Shown in pieces: positions 13,691-27,700 of a DNA stretch of 64,000 nucleotides. Within the stretch, counting starts at the first letter, position 1. Each line of letters starts with the position of its first letter. Made by a program: the position numbers and the translations under genes. Origin of the DNA: Anthoceros angustus (lineage: Eukaryota; Plantae; Anthocerotophyta); NCBI GenBank assembly GCA_010909165.1, contig VJWM01000283.1, positions 71,081 to 135,080 of the forward strand, in the 5' to 3' direction. The notes under the pieces are model-generated. The model was not told the origin of the DNA and ran no database searches. It saw only the letters and a program-made list of their open reading frames with translations.

Positions 13691-15387
13691 GGTGCGATGG
13701 AATGTCAAAATATGCAAATAGTGCGTTCCTTTGGCTGCCAGCCTCGTCTTCGTAGAGTGTTGCATATCGGGAGGAATCTTTGACCGCTAGCATCCAAGTC
13801 CTTTGACTTCAAGAACTCCTTCCACCGCTTCAACATCGGCAAATTTTCAAGAGCTACCGTGCGAGGGAAGAACGCACTTTGAATCAAGATCAAAGTCACA
13901 CCCACAATTATAGACATGTGACATAAGGTGGTACGTGTGGTGTTGGATGATTTACAATTGAAATTTGAACTTATTGGCAAATCATAATAACTGCAAGTGT
14001 CTTGATGATGGGACCGATGGATATTCAGCGAATAGGATATTTGTGCATCGATGGACCTTGAATGAGAGTGCAGCCACGTGCTTAGAAAATGATGGCATAA
14101 GATGAGGTGGATGCATCGAATTTGTAATGGGCCTATTTTAGGCATTTGAGGTTAAATGAATGATGTTGTTGAACCTCGTTGCTACTACTTGAGGCTTTTA
14201 GCGTAACTAGCGGTGTTAAGGCTTTATCGTAATCCCGTTGATGCGGTTCAAACATCCATATTTCATTTCCACAGCTCGAGCCTCTCCTTTTCATCAAGAG
14301 TTCGAGAGTCCGGATACAATTCTCTTACTTCCTCCCGCCAACTTCCCGCATGAGGTTTTGAAGATTGCGGGATGGTGATCGCGAGGGCCCACGAGCAATA
14401 AGCATGCAGATCGACCCGCGTTGGGCGCCACGCATCGAGCGGCGGAAAAATGCGATGGTGGCGGAGGATCGCTGGGCGCGTCCATGAGGGGATGCATCCC
14501 TGTAATGTGTAACCCCACCGCTATTATGCAATTGAGAGAATCCTCTCATGGTAGTGTCCGGACGTCCACCTCAAAGGGTACTCAACGGAGAGGATATGAA
14601 GACATTGATGGAGGAGGGGCACCAACCTCGGTGGAAATGCACGATCGCGATTCCTCATGCTTTTAACTTTGTGGAGCAGCTTTCGGTGAAAAAGCTCCGA
14701 TTCTCTTCCGGCGGTACAACATGGACAAAGTGGGCGTTGTTGCGAAGAACCCAAGATCCAGTGCCTTGGATTCCACTCGCCTTATGGATTAACGGTTACA
14801 ATGGTATTGAGGGGATTCCTGGCAAGTGGATGGATTCTATGTGACAAGCGGAATGGGCGAAGATATGCACATACGCTTTTGGTCACCAAGAAACCTCATT
14901 TGCACATAAACGATGACATCAACACACATCTCCTCGATAATGGATGCCGCCAAGATAATGCCTCGTCGTTGTGAGCGAAGTTGAAATCGGCCTTGCGTGT
15001 GATTCCAAAAGTGTTCAAGATGTAAGTCGGTTGTATGTCATGTATCACTTCCCATTTTCGATTAGGGTTTCGCCCATCTGGTATACTCATTGTTTCCTCT
15101 TTAAATGAATGGGGAGAACAATTTTGCAGCGTTCTACTCCTTCGCGGCGAAGGGTCTTGAAGAACAGGTGTAGTGATCGACCGGTGATCGGGGCGCAGCG
15201 GTGCCGGTTATCGGTGGCTGTCTGTGTGCAGACACGATGCCCGGATTATGCAACCGGAGATGGAGGAGGACGAGGTTCCGTGTGGCCGAGCCGAGCCTCC
15301 GGAAGAGGAGGGCTGGCCTCGGTCCGATGCGGAGGCGAGCTCGAAGGCCGCCCATGGCTCGCAACATGTCCAGCCGGGGTCTTAGGA

Positions 15388-18300
15388 GGAGGAGGTGACC
15401 CTCCTCGTCCAGAGGACCGGCGCGGCCGGCCGCCGAAAGAAGAAGAAGGAATCCACAACTGTCGGTCTCCGGAAGATGAGAAGGCGAATGGCTGGTAAGA
15501 ATGCTCCTAACGGCCTCGCCCTCCATAATTCGACGTAGAATTGAAGCATCTTGTTTTGATTTCCATGCAGAGCACACCAATCAAGCGAAAGAGGAAGGCA
15601 AGATCTCGGTGGTGATGGAGAAGAGGTGGGTAGAGGCGGAAAAATTAAGGAAGTCGAGGAAGCATGCGAAGAGGAAGCGTTGCGGAGGCGACCACGATGC
15701 CGAGCAGCGGAGCTCCTTTCGCAGGAGGATGACTATCTCGGAGATGGTTACTCGGGCCTACAAGAAGCGGGTGCAAACCACAACATTCGACATTCACATT
15801 TCGGTACTACGTCACCTTCATTTCTAACGGATGCTCGAGATAAGGAAGGTGGATGAGGCATGGATGAAGTGCCTTGTTCGATGCGCAGTCCTGTGAAGGA
15901 AGGGACGCTCCCACTTTTGTGCATGATTGATCCGGCCGCTTGAAAGAAGATGCAGACCGGAGGAGATCGAGCCCGACATTACACCCTAGGGGTGCTTTGG
16001 GAGGGAACCATTGCTATGCCGCCATGCGACAACATGCGAAATGTATCCGGAAGATAAATTTCAATGGCTCGAGGCCATGTATGCGAGCTTGAGGAGGAGG
16101 TGACCCTCCTCGTCCGAAGAGGACCCCGCAGCACACTGTGAAAGAAGAAGAAGGGAATCCACAACCGCCCCAGTCCGAAGATGAGAAGGCGAATGGCTGG
16201 TAAGAATGCTCCTACCTCCGCCTCCGCATAACGATGTAAGAATTGAAGCATCTTGTTTTGATTTCCATGCAGAGAGCACACCAATCAAAGAGGAAGGCAA
16301 GATCTCGGGTGATGGAGAAGAGGTGGGTAGAGGCGGAAAAATTAAGGAAGTCGAGGAAGCATGCGAAGAGGAAGCGTTGCGACGACCACGATGCCGAACG
16401 ACGGAGCTCCTTTCGCAGGAGGATGACTATCGGAGATGGTTCGCACTGGGCCTACAAGAAGCGGGTGCAAACCACAACATTCGACATTCACATTTCGATT
16501 ACGCCCCGCTTCATTTCTAACGCAGATGCTCGATAAGGAAGGTGGATGAGGCATGGATGAAGTGCCTTGTTCGATGATGCGCAGTCTGTGAAGGAAGGGA
16601 CGCTCCCACTTTTGTGCATGATTGATCCAAAGACAAGAAGAAGAAGATGCACCGGAGGAGATCGAGCTCAAAGATTACACCCTAGGGGTGCCGGAGGGAA
16701 CCATTGCTATGCCGCCATGCATATAATCGAAATGTATCCGCGGAAGATAAATTTCAATGGCTCGAGGCCATGTATATGTGCTTGACAGAGGAAGAAATGA
16801 GGGTCTTGGCGGTGATCACAATGTGTGTCTGAGACAAGAGGAAGAAGCTTGGTTTTATTGAACAAGTCCGCTACATACATGATGAGCTTGAGATTTGGCA
16901 CCGGACACACCCCGATGGAAAACCTACTGTGCAGTGGAAGTTCAATGTGTACAAGTTGCTGGGGATGCTAGTGATGAGAATCAATAGCTCTTAGATAGAA
17001 AAGAAACAATGGAATGAATTGATTAATGAGTAAAGTACAAGCCTTTAAATAGGCTGGGTGGTTGGGTGGTTACAACAATATGTTGTTGTAACCATAAGTA
17101 GTTGCAACCATAAGTTGTTGCAACTATAAGTTGTTGTAACAACTAACTACCTAAAGCCCTAGCTCTAAATTAATGTTTAAGTAATGAGGCCCTAATGAAT
17201 AGTGCCCTAAGCTAGACCTATTTCATCACTCCCACTCACTATGAATGTAGGGGTGAATTCTAGCTTCAAAATGAGGTCTAAATCATAGATAGACTCCCAC
17301 TTAATAAAAAGTTATAAGCCTAAGAAAAATGCTAAAAACTTAAGCTGTTTGATGAATAAGTAAGCCTGAAATAGAAAACCTAATATGTCCACCAAAATAA
17401 TCACCAGAATAAGGTTGAAAAATAATAGCCTAAATAGCTCCAGAAATAGGCTTAAAAGAGAGGCCTAAACTAAAATAAATAAATCAGGCGCGGGCCTGAA
17501 AATAAAAAGGCCCTTAAAAATGCTTTAAATGGATAAGCCCAATACGGGCTTATCCTAAATCGCCGCCCCGCCACGATTAGTGGGCACGGTAGACGGCCTA
17601 AGGCCTTCCGCACGCGCACACGAGGCGGTGTCGAGGATAGCCGCCATTGCCTCCTCCTCCCGCATCGCGCCCATCGCGCCCGCCGCGCCCATCGCGCCAT
17701 CGCGCCATCGCGCTGCTGCCGCCACGCCCGCTGCTCCGCCGCATCCGCGGCTCGTGGAGATCGCCTTGCGCCGCTCGGAGTCGCTCCGTGGCGCTGTGCA
17801 TCGCGCGCGCTGCTGCCCCTTTTGCATCGCGGTTTGTCCACATCTAAGCTTGCCATAGCACAAATTTGTGATGTGCACGATCTTCGTGATGCTCGCTGCT
17901 AGTGTCCTCGATTGGTGGAAAGTCTGATTGGCTTATTATATGTCCATAGTGTTGCAGCCACAAAGTTGGAGACTATCTCGTGTTAATATGGCACGCTTGA
18001 TAGTAGGTGAGTTATGAATTTTGCATATTCTTCCATTTTCAATATTCTTCCATTTTCCATCATTCTTCCATTTTCAATTTTTCCATTTTCCATTGTTTCC
18101 ATTTTCCATGTCTTGGTCTCTAAGAAATAATATACCTAATGTGGTGGCAGGTCCTCGTCGTCGAGGAAGCATGCGAAGAGGAAGCTGTCGACGACCACGA
18201 TGCCGAACGACCGGAGCTCCGCAGGAGGATGACTATCTCGGAGATGGTTCGACTCGGGCCTACAAGAAGCGGGTGCAAACCACAACATTCGACATTCACA

Positions 18301-19890
18301 TTTACTATTCCGCTTCATTTCTAACGCGGATGCTCGATAAGGAAGGTGGATGAGGCATGGATGAAGTGCCTTGTTCGATGCGCAGTCCTGTGAAGGAAGG
18401 GACTCCCACTTTTGTGCATGATTGATCCAAAGACAAGGTGCTTGAAGAAGAAGATGCACCGAGGAGATCGAGCTCAAAGATTACACCCTAGGGGTGCCGG
18501 AGGGAACCATTGCTATGCCGCCATGCATACCAAATGTATCCGCGGAAGATAAATTTCAATGGCTCGAGGCCATGTATATGCAGCCGAGAGGAAGAAAATG
18601 AGGGTGCCGGCATTGATCACAATGTGTATGCATAAGAGGAAGAAGCTTGGTTTTATTGAACAAGTCCGCTACATACATGATGAGCTTGAGATTTGGCACG
18701 GACACACCCGATGGAAAACCTAATGCAGCAAGTTCAATGTGTGTTGTCGGGGATGCTAGTGATGAGAATCAATAGCTCTTAGATAGAAAAGAAACAATGG
18801 AATGAATTGATTAATGAGTAAAGTACAAGCCTTTAAATAGGCTGGGTGGTTACAACAATATGTTGTTGTAACCATAAGTGGTTGCAACCATAAGTTGTTG
18901 CAACTATAAGTTGTTGTAACAACTAACTACCTAAAGCCCTAGCTCTAAATTAATGTTTAAGTAATGAGGCCCTAATGAATAGTGCCCTAAGCTAGACCTA
19001 TTTCATCACTCCCACTCACTATGAATGTAGGGGTGAATTCTAGCTTCAAAATGAGGTCTAAAATAGATAGACTCCCACTTAATCAAAAGTTATAAGCCTA
19101 AGAAAATGCTAAAACTTAAGCTATTTGATGAACAAATAAGCCTAAAATAGAAAACTTAATATGTCCACCAAAATATTCACCAGAATAAGGTTGAAAATAA
19201 TAGCCTAAATAGCTCCGAAATAGGCTTAAAAGAGAGGCCTAAAATAAATAAATAAATCAAAGGGGCCTGAAAATAAAAGGCCCTTAGCTTTAAATGGATA
19301 AGCCCAATACGGGCTTATCCTAAATCGCCGCCCCGCCACCGATTGGTGGCACAGGGTGCAGACGTCAAGGCCTTCCGCACCGCCGCACACGAGGCGGGTG
19401 TGGGAGGATAGCCGCCATCGCCTCCTCCTCCCCCGCATCGCGCCATCGCGCCCGCCGCGCCCATCGCGCCATCGCGCCATCGCGCCATCGCGCCATCGCG
19501 CTCGCGCGCTGCCGCATACCCGCGGCTCGTGGAGATCGCTCGCGCCCCCGGTGCGCCGTGGCGCGGCAGTCACGCTTGGTGTGCTCGCCTTTTGCATCGC
19601 TGGTTTGTCCACATCTAAGCTTGCCATAGCACAAATTCTGTGTGATGTGCACCGACCTGATGCTCGCTGCTAGTGTCCTCCGATTGGTGGAAAGTCTGAT
19701 TGCTGGCTTATTATATGTCCAATGTTGGAGTGGAGACTATCTCGTGTTAATATGGCACGCTTGATAGTAGGTGAGTTGCCTGAATTTTGCATATTCTTCC
19801 ATTTTCAATTTTTCCATTTTTCCTGCTTCCATTTTCCATGTCTTGGTCTCTAAGAAAAAAGGCCTAATGTGGTGGCAGGTCCTCGTGCGG
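15388..19890. repeat. Overlapping tandem duplications: ~685 bp (15388/16074) and ~1.8 kb (16350-18158 / 18159-19890), the latter duplicating the copia left LTR and its TSD
   Basis: GGAGGAGGTGACCCTCCTCGTCC occurs twice; GTCGAGGAAGCATGCGAAGAGG occurs three times; GTGGTGGCAGGTCCTCGT at ~18141 and ~19869. Confidence 0.85.
16972..17228 (-). repeat. Duplicate copy of the copia-1 3' LTR
   Basis: TGATGAGAATC...TTTCATCA, preceded by GCTAG and followed by the PPT complement CTCCCACTCACT. Confidence 0.85.
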
Positions 19891-20999
19891 AGGAAGGCCC
19901 TGCCCCCATGCTCCAAAGGACGAGGCCATAAAGAAAATGAAGAGAGCAAACCGAGTAGCAAGAAGAAGAAGAAACTTGCCGCGTGGAAAAGGAAAAATTG
20001 AGAAGCCGCCTGCATCTTGTGGTATAGAGATGCACTCACGGGTGAAGAGATCCCATGTCGGGCCCGGCCGTAATATAGGAAATGATATGGAAGATCCTAA
20101 TTTCTCTGTGAATTCCTGCAAGCATGTGCCGAGGTGGCTAAAACAGTGGAGAAAAAGCCGATGGAGAAGATGACGTCTTGGTGGTACAAGCACTGGAAAA
20201 ACCGATGTTGTCATCAAAGAAGTCGAGGGGTGGTAAGCCAATAAAAATGCAAAATAAATTGCAATAAATAATTTGATTGCATAAAAATACTAATGATTGT
20301 TGATGTAGATAATCCAACTACCGAGGGCTCGGGTATCCTGAGTGTCCCGGGTATGTGACTTCAACATAGAAGAAGAGTCGGAGGTCGGGGACTCCATAAA
20401 CAGACGAGGCCCCAGTAGTGTGAGGGCAGCCCAAGTGGAGAGCATATGCTAGCGGACATATAGGGGCTAGGGAAAAGAAAAGTGAGTAGGTGTAAAACCT
20501 ATAGTTAGGGGCTAGTAACTAGTCAGTAACCTATGCTAATAATAAGCTAATCTACATCTATTTTGCGGATGTGGAGAAAGGGTAGGCACAAGCCATGTGA
20601 GGTTTGCCCTACCTCTACAACCTATAACAAAACAAAAGGAAAATACCAAACTCCTATTTTGCCACTGAAACCTATGCGAGCAACATACATGGTGCTTCCG
20701 GAGGAAAGGACGACCACGAAGTCCCCATGGAATATGTATGTGAGAAAAGGGATAAAAATGATGTGGTTAGGTGCATATCCATGTGAAGAGTACGAAGGAC
20801 ACACCAAGCACTTGTATAGTAAGTGACCTAACCAATGACTAACTCAACACCATTTTTCTTCCTAACCCATGGAGTGTTTTGTAGGGTCCTTTTGGGCATT
20901 AGAGAGAAGAGAAGGATGATGATTACTTGGAAATAGAAGAGGAAATAAACATGCTAGATAAACTTTGTGGATTGTAAAATTGGAAAATACCTACTATCT

Positions 21000-23900
21000 A
21001 GGCTGGCTTAACCTCTTGTACTCCTAACATTTTCATGTGTTTTAAATGCAAATCTCTTCCTAATGACTTGGTTAAAAGGTCAGCTGGGTTGTTTTGAGTT
21101 GGTATATAATTGATATCTATTGTTTTATTTTCTAACATTTCCGTATGTAATGATACTCATTGCTATATGTTTAGTTCGAGTGGAAAATGGGGTTCCTAGC
21201 TAAGGCAATAGCCCCAGGTATCCGAGAGAGGTGTAGGTCCATCTTGGGGATAATTCAACTCTCTCAATGCTAACCTACTCCGGACTATATCCTTGGAGAC
21301 GAGGTGAGGACCCTATACTCGACTGTCGACAAAGCAATGGTTGGTTGTTTCTTACTTGACCATGAAATGGGTGCACCTCCTAGCGAATGCATAGCCGGAT
21401 CTGATTTGCGGCTATCGGGATCTCCAAGATAGTCGGCATCGGTCATAATTGTAACTTAGATATGCCGGAACATGTTTATACATCAATCTGTGCATAGTCC
21501 CTTTTAAATACCTGAATATTCTCTTGACACATTGCCAATGTTGTCTTCCGATTCTCAAAATTGTGAGGCGCACTAACTTCAAAAGATATATCGGGTCTTG
21601 TGAAGTTACTTAAATATATTAAGGTGCCACACATATGTATGTGCTGCGACATTCTGCTTTCTCTGCTTTTAGGGCTCATATCTGCGTAAGCCTTGTGCCA
21701 CTTGGAAATGGTGTGGCACGGCTTAGCATCTTCTAGTCCAAACTTATTTAAGCTTTCTTTTATATATTTTGTTTGAACCAAGGAAATGGATTTATTACCT
21801 CTATCTCTTATAATGTTAACGCCAAGGGCATAACTAAGGTCTCCCAGGTCTGTCATTTCATAATGACTTCTCAACCATGCTTTAATTTCACTAGATGGGA
21901 GAGTGAAGATGAAGCTAAAAATAAGTCATCCACATATAGTAAGAGGTAAATTGTGTACTGTTTAGTCTTCAGGATATACATGCTAGCATCTGCTTTGCTT
22001 TGAACAAAACCATATTTTGTAAGCTTGTCATGTATATCATTATTCCATTCCTTGCCAGATTGCTTAAGGCCATAAATGCCTTTAATGAGCCTGCATACAT
22101 GGTCTTCTTTACCTTTGACTTCATAGCCTTCAGGTTGTCTCATGTATATTTCTTCTTGGATTCGGCCATGCAGATAGGCAGTTTTGACGTCCATCATGTG
22201 AAGATGTAAGTCATGTTGAGCGGACAAGGCTATTATAATTCGAGGAGGCAAACTTTGCTCTGGTGCATAGGTAGCCGGTATGTAATCTAAACCCGGTATC
22301 GGTAAACCCTCGCTACCCCTTGCCTTATATCGCTCAATAGAACCATCACCCTTACGTTTGATTTTAAAGACCCATTTACTTCCCACTATTTTTCTCCCTT
22401 TGGGTGGTTTAACTAATTCCCATGTGGAGTTTTCTACTAAAGAGTTGTACTCAATCTCACTACCTTCCATGTGTCTTTCTCGGAGAGGAAAATGCTTGTT
22501 TCAAGGTTAGCGGTTCCTCTGGATCAACTGTGGCTTTGTAAATGCTTGATAATAAGGTGTGAGAGGAGAAATGGGGTCATCAGGAGTGACAAGATATCCC
22601 AAAGGTGGTTCCTTCCATCCAGCAGGTCCTGCAACAGCGGGTCTAGTCCTAAGATTGTACCTTGGTGCAGGTTGTTGAATGTGTTCTTCAATGTCGACCA
22701 CTTGTTGAGCTGGTTCCTGTGCAGGTAACGCAGGCTCTTGTTCTGGCTCGTCGTCGAATTCATCCACTTGCTCGTCGACGGGCTCATCCTCAAAAGGAAT
22801 ACGATCCTCCTCACGAATTTCAACATCATAGTCGATTTCATCATCAGTTAAATGCTGAGGTTCTTCTAAATCAGGATCTGGAGTAGTTGGTCGTCTTGGA
22901 ATATATTCTAACTCCTCCTCCTCCTCCCGCAATGAGGTTCATCCATAGGAGCTTCATGCGGAGGGAGTGAATGAATGATGACAAAATCATCGTCATCAAA
23001 GTGGAAGGCTCGGATGCGCAGAGGAAGGAGCATCGGGAGTAATGGGAGCGATGCCCCAATAGGAGAAAGAATATGAGATTCATGAAAGGTCACGCTCCTA
23101 GCATAAATGAGCTTTCGGGTAGATGGGTCAAATAACTTGTAACCCTTAATGCCTTCTGTAGCCAATAAAGGTATATTTGCCTTGGGATCCAGCTTCTTGC
23201 GTTGTACTTTGGGGATGAACACATAAGCGGGGATCCAAGATTCGTAAATGATCAATAGAACCATCACCCTTACGTTTGATTTTAAAGACCCATTTACTTC
23301 CCACTATTTTTCTCCCTTTGGGTGGTTTAACTAATTCCCATGTGGAGTTTTCTACTAAAGAGTTGTACTCAATCTCGCTACCTTCCATGGTCTTTCTCGG
23401 AGAGGAAAATGCTTGTTTCAAGGTTAGCGGTTCCTCTGGATCAACTGTGGCTTTGTAAATGCTTGATAATAAGGTGTGAGAGGAGAAATGGGGTCATCAA
23501 GTGACAAGATATCCCAAAGGTGGTTCCTTCCATCCAGCAGTCCTGCAATGGTCTAGTCCTAAGATTGTACCTTGGTGCGGTTGTTGAATGTGTTCTTCAA
23601 TGTCGACCACTTGTTGAGTGGTTCTGCGTAACGCAGCTCTTGTTCGCTCGTCGTCAATTCATCCACTTGCTCGCCGACGGCTCATCCTCAAAAGGAATAC
23701 GATCCTCCTCACGAATTTCAACATCATAGTCGATTTCATCATCGTTAAATGTTGAGGTTCTTCTAAATCGGGATCCGGAGTAGTTGGTCGTCTTGGAATA
23801 TATTCTAACTCCTCCTCCTCCTCGCAATGAGGTTCATCCATAGGAGCTTGCGGAGGGAGTGAATGAATGATGACAAAATCATCGTCATCAAAGTGGAAGG

Positions 23901-25500
23901 CTCGGATGCGCAGAGGAAGGAGCATCGGGAGTAATGGGAGCGATGCCCCAATAGGAGAAAGAATATGAGATTCATGAAAGGTCACGCCCTAGCATAAATG
24001 AGCTTTCGGGTAGATGGGTCAAATAACTTGTAACCCTTAATGCCTTCGTGTAGCCAATAAAGGTATATTTGGTCGCCTTGGGATCCGACTTCTTGCGTTG
24101 TACTTTGGGGATGAACACATAAGCGGGGATCCAAGATTCGTAAATGATCAAGAAGGTTTTCTCCCGGTAAAAGCTTCATATGGAGTCATGCCTTGAATGG
24201 AAGTTGGCGATCTATTAAGGAGATATGTTCCAATATAGCTTCACCCAATAACTTTTAGATAATGTAGCTTGGGTGAGCAAACACTGTGATCTCCGGAGGC
24301 GTAAATTTTGTTTTACTACGCCATTTCTTTGAGGTGTGTACCACACTAAGTTGTTGCGCTATACCTTCAGCAAAATTCAGCAAATTCATTGAAGTGAACT
24401 CTCCTCCATTATCGGAGCGAAGAGTTTTAAGCTTCCATCGGTAAGTCTCTCGCCCACATCATATATTCTTTGAAGAAAGAAAAGGCGACTCTTATGGCGG
24501 AGGATGTAGGTGAGGACAACCGGAATAATCATCGATGAAGGTTAAAAATATCTACAACCACTAAATGAAGGTGCGGATATAGGACCACAAATGTCTGTGA
24601 ACCAACTCTAAGGGTGCCTAGCCCTCCGAGGATGGATTGTGGAATGGAGCTTGATGACGTTTGGTTATGACGCAAGCTTCACACGGAGAGGTTCAAGTTT
24701 AGGAATACAGGAGTTCTATACGTTTCCTTAGACATTTGGATAAGCTTTTGGCTATTCGGATGACCTAATCGTGTGCCAAAGCATGGTGCTTGAAGAGTGG
24801 AATGGGAGGCTACATTGATGAGGTGTAACGGACCCACTTGGGTGAGAGTTTATAGAGTCCATCTTCTAGTGTTCCAGGCATTGTGTGATACTTATTAGTA
24901 TGATAGTAAAGGAGACACAAATCGGCTTCAAGGATAATTTGCATGTTATGTTCTTGACATAAACTAGCGGTGACACTAGATTCTTGCACATGGAGGGTAC
25001 ATAAAGGACATGGGAGAGAGTAAGAACCCGGTGGAGCACTTTAATGCCACGGAACCTACACCAAATATGGTGAGGTTATGGTCGCCTAGGAGCACCTTTG
25101 TTGTCCTTTTGATGGCGAATCGACTCAAAAAGTTAAGTCGTGACATATATGAGATGTTGCACTGTCTAAATACCAATTTTGGTTTGATGGCTTGGAACTT
25201 GCCAAGCGAGAAAGTCTTGATGGAGTTGCCGTGGAGGGCTTCTTCTTAACGGCAACATGTGCTCGATGGTGACCTCCTTCTTTGGCTCACCATTTTCTTC
25301 TTCCAACAATCCTTCTCCATATGGTTGGTCATCTTGCACCAATTGCGTAACTCCAGCCTTCTTCATGCCTTTGAAGGTTTAAATGAAGAAGTGGATGGTC
25401 CTTGAAAATTTTGAGTAGGAGTCGGTCTAGGAGTGAAGTTTCAGCGGCCTCGGCCACGTCCTCTTCTCTCGCGTCCCCCATGTACATTACTTGTTGGCCG
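21000..25500 (-). pseudogene. copia-1 pol (zinc knuckle, protease, integrase, RT, RNase H) with an internal ~0.9-kb tandem duplication (22335-24150)
   Basis: NWCKMTNHMEKDCW (~25320), YLDSATSH (~25160), KRHQAP, FIDDY, LRSDNGGEFTS (~24410), VGSKWVFKIK, MDVKTAYLHG, YGLKQSG, LYVDD (21871-22470), TRPDI, NPADLLTKSL (~21070). Confidence 0.9.
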
Positions 25501-26322
25501 GTACATGCATACGAGGTAAGCACTTGAATTCATATAGCACTTCCTCGACCAACAACCAAGCGAACAAATCGAATACGCAGATATAGGTGCAACCAATAAC
25601 AGGAGGGAGTAGCTCGCGTCGTGGCACAAACACACCTCCCCACGAGAACAAATTCCTCACACATCGCTCTCGGAGTCATAGCTTTGGCCTCCTCACAACG
25701 CTCTTGCATTGCATATCTAGAGGACAAGCTATGATCGAGCTTGTCCTCAATGGAAGGGTCTATATACTAGACCACAGCCATATTCCTAAGATATCCTATT
25801 GGCATCGACTGCCAAAAATATCCTAAGAATACACTATAATATGCAAGGAATATGCCAAAGCATATTACTTGAGCTTATCCACTTAGCTATTGTATCCTAA
25901 GAATACACTATAATATGCAAGGAATATGCCAAGCATATTACTTGAGCTTATCCACTTAGCTATTGCTAACCATGTTTAATTAACACTAATCAATGCTTAA
26001 TTAACATAAGCACATTAGATTAATTAACACTAATCAATGCTTAATTAACATAAGCACTTTAGATTAATTAACACTAATTACTTACTTAAAGATAAGTAAT
26101 TAGATTAATTAATGCTAATCAAACACTAAACCCAAGTGCAGATTAGTATCACACGCGCATGGAGCATCGAGGTAAGCACTTGAATTCATATAAGCACTTC
26201 CTCGACCAACAACCAAGCAAATAAATCGAATACGCAGATATATAGGTGCAACCAAACCCCCCTGATAATGTGAGACTCTAAGTCGAAACATTATCATTAG
26301 TAGGACTACACACGTACGCACC

Positions 26323-26376
26323 TCATGTAGCGCATTGTGCACAAAACCAATCTCCTTCGGGAATGTCGTCCAGAGG
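26323..26376 (-). pseudogene. C-terminal half of a PHD finger ending the retroelement polyprotein
   Basis: Translates PLDDIPEGDWFCAQCAT*, matching the PHD consensus PL..IP.G.W.C..C. Confidence 0.75.
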
Positions 26377-26759
26377 TTATGAACCTTGTCCATGAGTGGA
26401 GGCTTGTCTTGACATCCTTATGGGCCTGTCATGTGGACTACTCTCCCCACGGTTGCTCGTCATTTTCTTCTTGCCTTCGAGCTGTGCCTCCTGCGAACGG
26501 TTCATTCTTGATTAGTTCTATGTGGAACTTCCCTTTGGTGTACTTCCCCATCTCCATAGCGTGAAAGCAAACACATGTCGCGATGCCTCCAACAACTCCT
26601 TTAGGCGCCTGATTGCTCTTCAACTCGGCTGTTAACCACTCATGTGTGGCTCGATGGCTTGCACGCTTCCTCTCGTGCTCGCTCTCCTTGCCCTCCAAAC
26701 TCGCCTTCTCCTGTTGAGATGCGAGTGCGAATGTCCTTCACCCACCGAACCCGCCGCTT

Positions 26760-27700
26760 CAACCCCGCCTTCTTGGTTTGAAGTTGGTAAGCGACTCAGC
26801 TAAACAACCAGTCATCATGTTCACGTCAAATGCTTGCCCAAGCAATCGACACCGTTCCTTCTCGGTCACTCCGGTGTCTTCGTGGCTCGCATCAAATCCA
26901 TGGCCAACTCCTCTCTGGCTGTTGGCTCTCCCAAAACCTCGCCATGTCATCCACCACAACGCCGGGCCATGGTTCCTGAAGGCGTAAGACTTGGACTTAG
27001 ACACAAAGGTTGGCCAAGCCGCCATGGGGTGTCAGGCGTGTTCACAGGAAGTGCAGCGGCTGTCTTGATGACTTGTTGGGCATGCCTTCCGATGCTAGCA
27101 CATCCTTGACAACATGATTAGGTCGCTTGGTGAGCGACCTCGCACACTTCAAATGTTCCAAGGGAGCAAGGTTAGTCCACATGGACCTCAACCTATGAGC
27201 CCTCGAACCAAATTGAGCGCATCCAATAGAAGCTCCCGACCCAACACTCCTCGGATCGTGGCAAAGTCCTCCCGAACTTGCTTCTTCACGCTCATGCATG
27301 CGCACATTCTCCAACATGTATCCACAAGGCCTTTCTTGCCCTTTGGATCAAGCGCAAGATCCTCATCAGTCATAGAACAATGCTGTCGTGGATCCTTGAG
27401 ACCTTGACCCTTGCCTGCAGAGGATAGTCCTTGACACTCCCAACTGCGATGACAAGGTCCACGGTTGCCCAAGACAACTCAAATGGGACAACCCTATCAT
27501 GCGAACATCCATCGGCCCCGGTAACCCTTCACCGACTCCACGTCGAGGTTAGGTACTCCCCATCAAGTCTCTTACGCTCGCGGCACAATCCTTGCTTTTG
27601 GATCCGGGTCACAATGCACGTATCTTCGCACTTTGATGCCACACTTTAGCTGCCTTCCAAGCCGATCGATGCCTCCAAAGAGTTCCACGAGCACTATGCC
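26760..27700 (-). pseudogene. DNMT3-like cytosine-5 DNA methyltransferase domain within the retroelement polyprotein (frameshifted)
   Basis: Motif I/II IVLVELFGGI...GIKVRRYVHCD (27600-27700); IV WECQGLSSAG; VI LENV; VIII FGSRAHRLRSMWTNL; IX-X ELAM-GF...ERCRLLGQAFDV. Confidence 0.88.

Noticed and set aside
14548-15050. Possible small gene (SET-like) between the transposase and the MTase gene
   Set aside because: No convincing motif could be read; left unassigned
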